From Dehalococcoidia bacterium (GTDB lineage: Bacteria; Chloroflexota; Dehalococcoidia; Plut-88900): a DNA stretch of 64,000 bases. Location of the stretch: contig CBDBLV010000005.1 of assembly GCA_965207225.1 (NCBI GenBank), positions 1,856,001 through 1,920,000 of the forward strand. The letters are read 5' to 3'. Under the pieces are notes generated by a model. The model saw nothing but the letters and a program-made list of their open reading frames with translations. It did no database searches and was not told the origin of the DNA. Both the position numbers and the translations under genes were made by a program. This document shows, piece after piece, positions 58,755 to 64,000 of this stretch (the first letter of the stretch is position 1; each line of letters opens with the position of its first letter).

Positions 58755-58957
58755 TGCTGGTCGTCCCGGCGTGAACGCCTTCGCTGCATCCGCTCCTGGA
58801 TGCGCCACTCCCTTTCTTCCATGTACAGGCGGATGGCCTCCCGCAGCACTTCGCTCACGGTGCGGCTCTCGTCCTTCACCACCTGCCGCAGGTGCTGGGA
58901 CATCTCCGGGGGCAGGGAGAAGGTGATGGTGTCGGTGTTCCTCGGCTTGACGGGCAA
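58751..58957 (-). CDS. Ribbon-helix-helix (CopG-like) regulator
   Basis: TITFSLPPEM..L....ESRTVSEVLREAIRLY; TTG after GGGAG. Confidence 0.8.
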   Translation of the reverse strand: MPVKPRNTDTITFSLPPEMSQHLRQVVKDESRTVSEVLREAIRLYMEEREWRIQERMQRRRSRRDDQQ

Positions 58958-60241
58958 CGTACGCTCCCCATTTTTGTCCATTGATATAGTGTAGCGTCTT
59001 ACTCTTATCATCCCGCAACCGAAGCCCTTTCGTCAAGGGAGAGATGGCAGGAATTGCCCTGGGATGCCTTGAAACTGCGGCATTGCAGCGACACTCCAGC
59101 TACATCGATGCGAGCGATCCGGCGGCGCTGGTCGAGGCTGTCGCCGGGGCGGCCTGGGGCCGTCAACTGGCCCCTTGGAGGCTGGATGTAATGTCCTACC
59201 CGTGTACAAGGATTCGGCTCAGTTCCCAAAATGCAAGTCGGGGGTGTTTCCAAGCTGAAAGCGGGGGAGAGAGAGGGGAGGTTGGCAAGGGAGCAAGCAA
59301 TGTTTGGTCGGAGCGTGTTCCACGGATTCCGGCGGAGTTGCAGAAATGCAAGTCGGCAAAATAGCCACATTGGAGCGAGCAATGTCGATGCCCTCTGAGG
59401 CGGCGGCAGCGAGATTATTGACCGGTCACCGTGTCGAGAGCGTCGATCAAGACGAGAATGGGATGGTCGGTGATCCCGCCGGTTCTGCAACGAATTGTAC
59501 TTTTGGGAGCTGTTGGGGGCTGACACGGTGAGTGATGGGAATGCCCTTCTGGCCCCTATAGGAAGTCCTGGGAACGGCTCGGTGGGGAAGTTTGAACATG
59601 CTCCGGTGGCAAGTTGCGGCTGAGTCCAGGTGCTCCGAGTAAGACTGCTGTAGGCAGGAATCGTAGCTGTGAGACGAGGGAACCAAAGGGGTGTGACGCA
59701 TTGGCGAAAACGGCCTGATGGGTCAGTTCTGCAACGGATTGTACTTCTGCGGGCGTAAGGGGAGATGCGTGACCGGTCGCGTCTGCAAGTTGTCCCAGCA
59801 AGGCTGCTGGGACAGCCCCTATTGGAAGGGTTAGGAGCGGAAACGGCGGTCATTGCGCAGCCTGATGCATCAGGGCCTGCGAGCGTATTTCGAGGCAGGA
59901 TCGGAGCCTTCGAGCCGGCGGCGGCAACGGAGAATCGGCGGGCCGTCGTTCATGGGCTGATGCGTCAGACTACAATCGCCCATGGGAGGTTTTCGCCCTG
60001 AGAGGGCTGTAAGGAGAATCGGGGTACATTGCAGAATACAATCTGGGTGACATTCGTAGCTGAATGAAGGGGAACCAGGGCGAAGCGAAGGGAATCCATC
60101 GAGCAGTTTTACTGCGGGTCGGTGCTAAGTCTATTGTACTGATTGTATTGCACTTCATTGTGGTTTCCCATTTGATCTCGCCCACATGGTTGACCACGAT
60201 GAGCCGGTTCATGGGATGTTGCGAAGGATTCAGGAGACGGC

Positions 60242-61042
60242 GTGAAGGCCCTATCGGAGAGGCCCCTACCGGACCTGCTGGACGCTCCGGTGAATGACCG
60301 GGGCAAGGTGGCTGCGGCCGAGGCCCTGGGGGTGAACTACCGCACTATGGTGACCTGCCACGAGTCTCGTCACGTATCGCGGCGGATGCGGAAGGCGTTG
60401 GCGGAGTTCAGGGACAAGCACGGTGACGGCGGGGATGAGCAGGACGATGACGCCGGTGACATTGTAGGGAAGGTAACGGCGTTGGAAGAACGGGTGGCGG
60501 CGATGGAGGAAGCGCATGGAGCATTGGTGGAGACCGTCGAGGCCCAGGCGAGACAACTGACGGAGTTGGAGCGCAATGCTGGAGGGTCGGAGGGCGGGGC
60601 GGTGGAAGAGAAACGGGACCTGCAAAAACCTAATGCGGCGGATTATGACGATGACGGGCAAGGAACACAGTGGCGGCCTCCACGACGGGAGCACGGCCTT
60701 CCCGACGCCGGAGTGGTCACGTTGGAGGAACAGCCCGACGAAGGGCACGCCTTCGGCCCGGCTGCCCCGTTGGTGGCGGAATGGCGAGGGCTGAGGAGTG
60801 TCGGTGAGGCGTCGGGCGGTCGGGTTGACCGGGCGAAGGCTGCGGTGCGACGGTGGGAGCTGGAGGTCGCCATGCTCGGAGACTACGGCCTGACGCTGCC
60901 GCCGGAGACCGCACCCCTGGACGCATCGCGCAGGGAGGACCACCTGCGGTGGCGGAAGGAGGCGCTGGCAGCGGCCTTGGCGAAAGCAAGGCGGCTGCGC
61001 TGGCTGAGGCGAGCACTCACCCTGGGTCTGCGATGGGGGTAG
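60242..61042 (+). CDS. Hypothetical protein with N-terminal HTH-like segment and coiled coil
   Basis: AGGAG SD then GTG; AAAEALGVNYRT HTH-like; heptad region LEERVAAMEE. Confidence 0.6.
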   Translation: MKALSERPLPDLLDAPVNDRGKVAAAEALGVNYRTMVTCHESRHVSRRMRKALAEFRDKHGDGGDEQDDDAGDIVGKVTALEERVAAMEEAHGALVETVEAQARQLTELERNAGGSEGGAVEEKRDLQKPNAADYDDDGQGTQWRPPRREHGLPDAGVVTLEEQPDEGHAFGPAAPLVAEWRGLRSVGEASGGRVDRAKAAVRRWELEVAMLGDYGLTLPPETAPLDASRREDHLRWRKEALAAALAKARRLRWLRRALTLGLRWG

Positions 61043-61242
61043 CCGACTGAAGTAGCTCAAGGCGCCCTTCGCCGTCGGCCAGCAGATCGGACAGTCCGCG
61101 GTGGACTCGGCTCTTTCCAAGCGATGGACGGAGGTGGTAGAATGCAACTCGTAGAAGAATGCTCTGTTGGAGGAGCCTCGGAGTGGATGCGCCGGTGTCG
61201 GTTGGAGATGGCGCAGGCTCCGGGCCGATTGTCGGGTGAGAT

Positions 61243-61938
61243 ATGACGACGCCAGACACATTCACCAAAACCGCAGAAGTGCAAGGCGGCTTCCGGCTGC
61301 CCGACCCGCCGCAGCGGGAACCGGATGAGATGACGCAGTACGACCAGCTCTTCAAGTACGGCTACTCCCACGCCCTGGCAGTGCATCTGGGCAACCCGGA
61401 GACCACCCTGGTGGAGGCGGACCGCTGGATAGTCGCCAGGCCGGAGTTCAACAAGGCACGCGCCCGGCGTCCCGACCTCTTGGTGGCCTTTGGTGTTGAT
61501 CCCGAGGTGTATCGCCGGAGCAACGGGTACATCGTCTCGGAGCAGGGGAAGCCGCCGGACTTCGTGCTTGAGGTGGCGTCGGAGAGCACCGGAGCAATGG
61601 ACGTGGGGGCCAAACGGGTGGACTATGCCCGTTTGGGCATACCCGAGTACTGGCGGTTCGACGAGACGGGAGAGTATCACGGGGCGAGGTTGGCCGGTGA
61701 CCGGCTGGTGGAGGGCCGATACGAACCCATACCGATAGAGACCGTGTCCGATGGAGTCCTCCAGGGACACAGTGCCGTGTTGGGCCTGAATCTGCGATGG
61801 TCGGATGGTGAGCTGCTGTTCTACGACCCCGCCACCGGGGAGCCCATCGCCACCTTTGAGCGTGAACGAGCCCGCGTCGAGGCTGCTGAAGCCCGAGTCC
61901 GGGAGTTGGAGGAGCGGCTCCGTAGCCAGGGAGCGTAG
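61243..61938 (+). CDS. Uma2/DUF820 PD-(D/E)xK-like endonuclease
   Basis: RPDLLVAFG, PPDFVLEVASEST, KRVDYARLGIPEYWRFD, C-terminal ERARVEAAEARVRELEE. Confidence 0.9.
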   Translation: MTTPDTFTKTAEVQGGFRLPDPPQREPDEMTQYDQLFKYGYSHALAVHLGNPETTLVEADRWIVARPEFNKARARRPDLLVAFGVDPEVYRRSNGYIVSEQGKPPDFVLEVASESTGAMDVGAKRVDYARLGIPEYWRFDETGEYHGARLAGDRLVEGRYEPIPIETVSDGVLQGHSAVLGLNLRWSDGELLFYDPATGEPIATFERERARVEAAEARVRELEERLRSQGA

Positions 61939-62111
61939 CCTCACTGCCGGATCAGTAGGGCAAGGAGCAACAACACCGACCTTAAGGTTATCGAATGAGC
62001 GGATTGGCAGTCCAACTCACCCAAATTGCGGTCGCATCGGCTACCTTGTCTTGGGTCTTGCCCAAGACATTGGGGCGTAACCCTCGCCGCAGGCCTTTGA
62101 AAGCCTTGGAG

Positions 62112-62124
62112 CCCCCCCCCCCCC
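62112..62124. repeat. C13 homopolymer upstream of the surface-protein gene
   Basis: 13 consecutive C. Confidence 0.8.
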
Positions 62125-62164
62125 GCCTAATAGCTATTCTGTTTCCGGCCTGCGCGATGATGAC

Positions 62165-64000
62165 ATGATGAGCCGCGCCGCCGGGTTCCGACGCCTGCTC
62201 TCCTTCCGTTCCTTGCTGGCCGTGGCCGCGGTGTCGGCGCTGCTCCTGACCCTGCTCCATGCGCAGCAGGCGCAGGCCCAGTCCGGCGACCTGAGTCTCG
62301 CCGTGACCGAGCGCAGCGAAAGCAGCCTGACGGTGCAGTGGAGCCAGCTTGAAGACGTGGTTACCTATACCGTCATCCTCCTCGGGGGTGACGAGTTCCA
62401 GGTGCACACCGCCTCACCCGGAGAGGACACCTACGTCTTCACCGGCTTGCAGGCTGACTTCCAGTACGAGCTGAGCGTCAGTGCCTTCCGCAGCGACGCC
62501 ACCAGTGCCGGCGAGGTTCAGATCAGGGCGCGCACACTGCCGCCCATCAAGCCAGAGCCGACGCCGGTGGTGGAGCCCGAGATCGTCCCCCAAGTAAGCG
62601 TGACGGCTGGCCCTGAAGTTACCGAGGGCAGCGACGCCGTATTCACGATAACGGCAGACCCGGTGCCTGCCGGTGACATCACTGTGGAGCTGACTATCAC
62701 TGCCGGCGGCGACGTGATCGGCGACGGAGAGACCGGCCAACGGACCGTGACTGTTCCGGCCAGCGGATCAGCGACCTACGCCGTGTCCACCGTCGACGAC
62801 GGCGTGGTCGAATCCCCCGGAACCGTTACGGCGACGCTTGTCTCCGCCAGCGGCGGCTACGCCGTCGCGGATGCACCCAACGACGCGGCAACCGTGACGA
62901 TAACCAGCGAAGACTGGCTCCTCCGCACTCCCACGATCAACTTGGCCCGGCCTAGCCCCGGCATTACTGAATATATACCAACCGACTTTGTGCTGCACGT
63001 ATTCCCTGCACCGGACAAGCCGCTGCTGATCAACGTGAGATTGTCGCAGGAGAACGATTTCTACGATCCCGTGGACCTGGGGCTGAAACAGCTCCTAATT
63101 CCGGCCAAACATCACTCCCTGGTGCATAAGATCACTCCGATTGACGACAGCGTGGCCGAGCCCGACGGCAGCATCACCCTGGAGCTGCTGCCGGGAGCGG
63201 GATATCAGCTGGGCCCTTACAAGTCCACCACGGAAGTGATCATCGATAGAGACCTGACCGAGGAGGAGCGGAAGAACTACACTCCGGAAATCCAGGTCGT
63301 CGGGACGGTCGTCACGGGGGGAAGCTACGAAGGCAGCGATTACCGGTTCAGGTTCACGTCGAAAAGATCCCTGTCCAGTCCGCTCCCCATCACCGTTGAG
63401 ATCAGCCAGATTGGTGATTTCGTGACGCCGGAACACCTGGGCAAGCGCCAGTTGACCATTCCCGCCGCCCCTTCACACGCCTACTTGATCGTCCCCACGG
63501 TGGACGACCAAGTTGACGAGCCGAACGGCCGGGTGGTGGCACGGGTTCTGCCCGGCGACGGCTACGTGGCAGCTGGGTGGTACGACGGAGAGGAACACAG
63601 CGGGAGTGACTACGGCAGCCAGTGGATCCAGGACAATGACGAGGTGGAATTCACCCTCGCCACTGGGACGGACATCAGCGAGGGCGGCGAGGCGGAGTTC
63701 ACCATTAGCGCCTCGGAGTCGTCGCCGGCCCGAACGGAAACCATCAAGGCCCTCGTCAGCCAGAACGGCGACTTCGTGGGCGCGTCCAACGACCTGGGCC
63801 TGCGTACCCTCACCATCACCACCGGGCAGTCCATCACGCTGCGCGTAGCCACCGACGACGACAGTGCCGATGAAGCCGACGGCTGGGTGAGCCTGTCCAT
63901 CGAAGGCGCTACGGCGCAGGTCGTCGTATCCGACGACGACGGCGGACAGGTCGCGCAGGTCGGGGATTGCGCAGCCGATGTGTCCACCACCTGCACAGCG
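62165..64000 (+). CDS. Large secreted FN3 + Calx-beta repeat surface protein (partial, runs off the window)
   Basis: Not in the ORF track (no stop in window); MMSRAAGF..signal peptide AQA/QS, FN3 (LTVQW..FTGLQADFQYELSVSA), repeated VTEG..F..DD.V.E..G Calx-beta units. Confidence 0.85.
   Translation, partial: MMSRAAGFRRLLSFRSLLAVAAVSALLLTLLHAQQAQAQSGDLSLAVTERSESSLTVQWSQLEDVVTYTVILLGGDEFQVHTASPGEDTYVFTGLQADFQYELSVSAFRSDATSAGEVQIRARTLPPIKPEPTPVVEPEIVPQVSVTAGPEVTEGSDAVFTITADPVPAGDITVELTITAGGDVIGDGETGQRTVTVPASGSATYAVSTVDDGVVESPGTVTATLVSASGGYAVADAPNDAATVTITSEDWLLRTPTINLARPSPGITEYIPTDFVLHVFPAPDKPLLINVRLSQENDFYDPVDLGLKQLLIPAKHHSLVHKITPIDDSVAEPDGSITLELLPGAGYQLGPYKSTTEVIIDRDLTEEERKNYTPEIQVVGTVVTGGSYEGSDYRFRFTSKRSLSSPLPITVEISQIGDFVTPEHLGKRQLTIPAAPSHAYLIVPTVDDQVDEPNGRVVARVLPGDGYVAAGWYDGEEHSGSDYGSQWIQDNDEVEFTLATGTDISEGGEAEFTISASESSPARTETIKALVSQNGDFVGASNDLGLRTLTITTGQSITLRVATDDDSADEADGWVSLSIEGATAQVVVSDDDGGQVAQVGDCAADVSTTCTA

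Larger units (their letters stand above)
56003..64000. mobile_element. Integrative element/genomic island at the tRNA 3' end, continuing past the window
   Basis: Integrase abuts the tRNA; accessory cargo; loss of the strong plus-strand G bias seen upstream; distal att not seen. Confidence 0.7.

Noticed and set aside
56003-64000. Distal att duplicate of the tRNA 3' end; prophage call
   Set aside because: No tRNA-end repeat noticed by eye and no phage structural or conjugation genes in the window.

Overview
Bacterial chromosome segment; gene content and order suggest Chloroflexota, probably Dehalococcoidia/SAR202-like (inference, no search run). 1-8 kb holds a PAS-LuxR regulator, archaeal-type PEP carboxylase, a cytochrome c and a three-gene signalling operon (REC-PP2C phosphatase, solute-binding lipoprotein, TorS-like kinase). 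8-38.6 kb is mostly housekeeping (purF-purM-purH, pncA-pncB, tilS, mfd, otsB/otsA, glyA, rpsF-ssb-rpsR, hom-thrC-folE) ending in MshA-like and MshD-like genes. 38.6-41 kb is a 2.4-kb gene-poor, highly structured locus with its own sigma70-type promoter, two tandem 162-nt pseudoknot-capable modules and flanking repeats with covarying stems. 41-55.8 kb is a cluster of amidohydrolases, ureohydrolases, a double CoA-transferase and SulP. From tRNA-Ile2(CAU) at 55928 to the window end lies an integrated element (large serine recombinase whose C-terminus is read antisense from the tRNA, RHH regulator, sugar-binding protein, Uma2 nuclease, FN3/Calx-beta surface protein behind a C13 tract). Best novelty candidates: the 39.4-40.3 kb structured-RNA locus, an unassigned attenuator/riboswitch-like leader of glyA, the tRNA-targeting serine-recombinase element, and a mycothiol-like gene set with an ATA-initiated MshD-like gene. 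All product calls are from motif recognition by eye.
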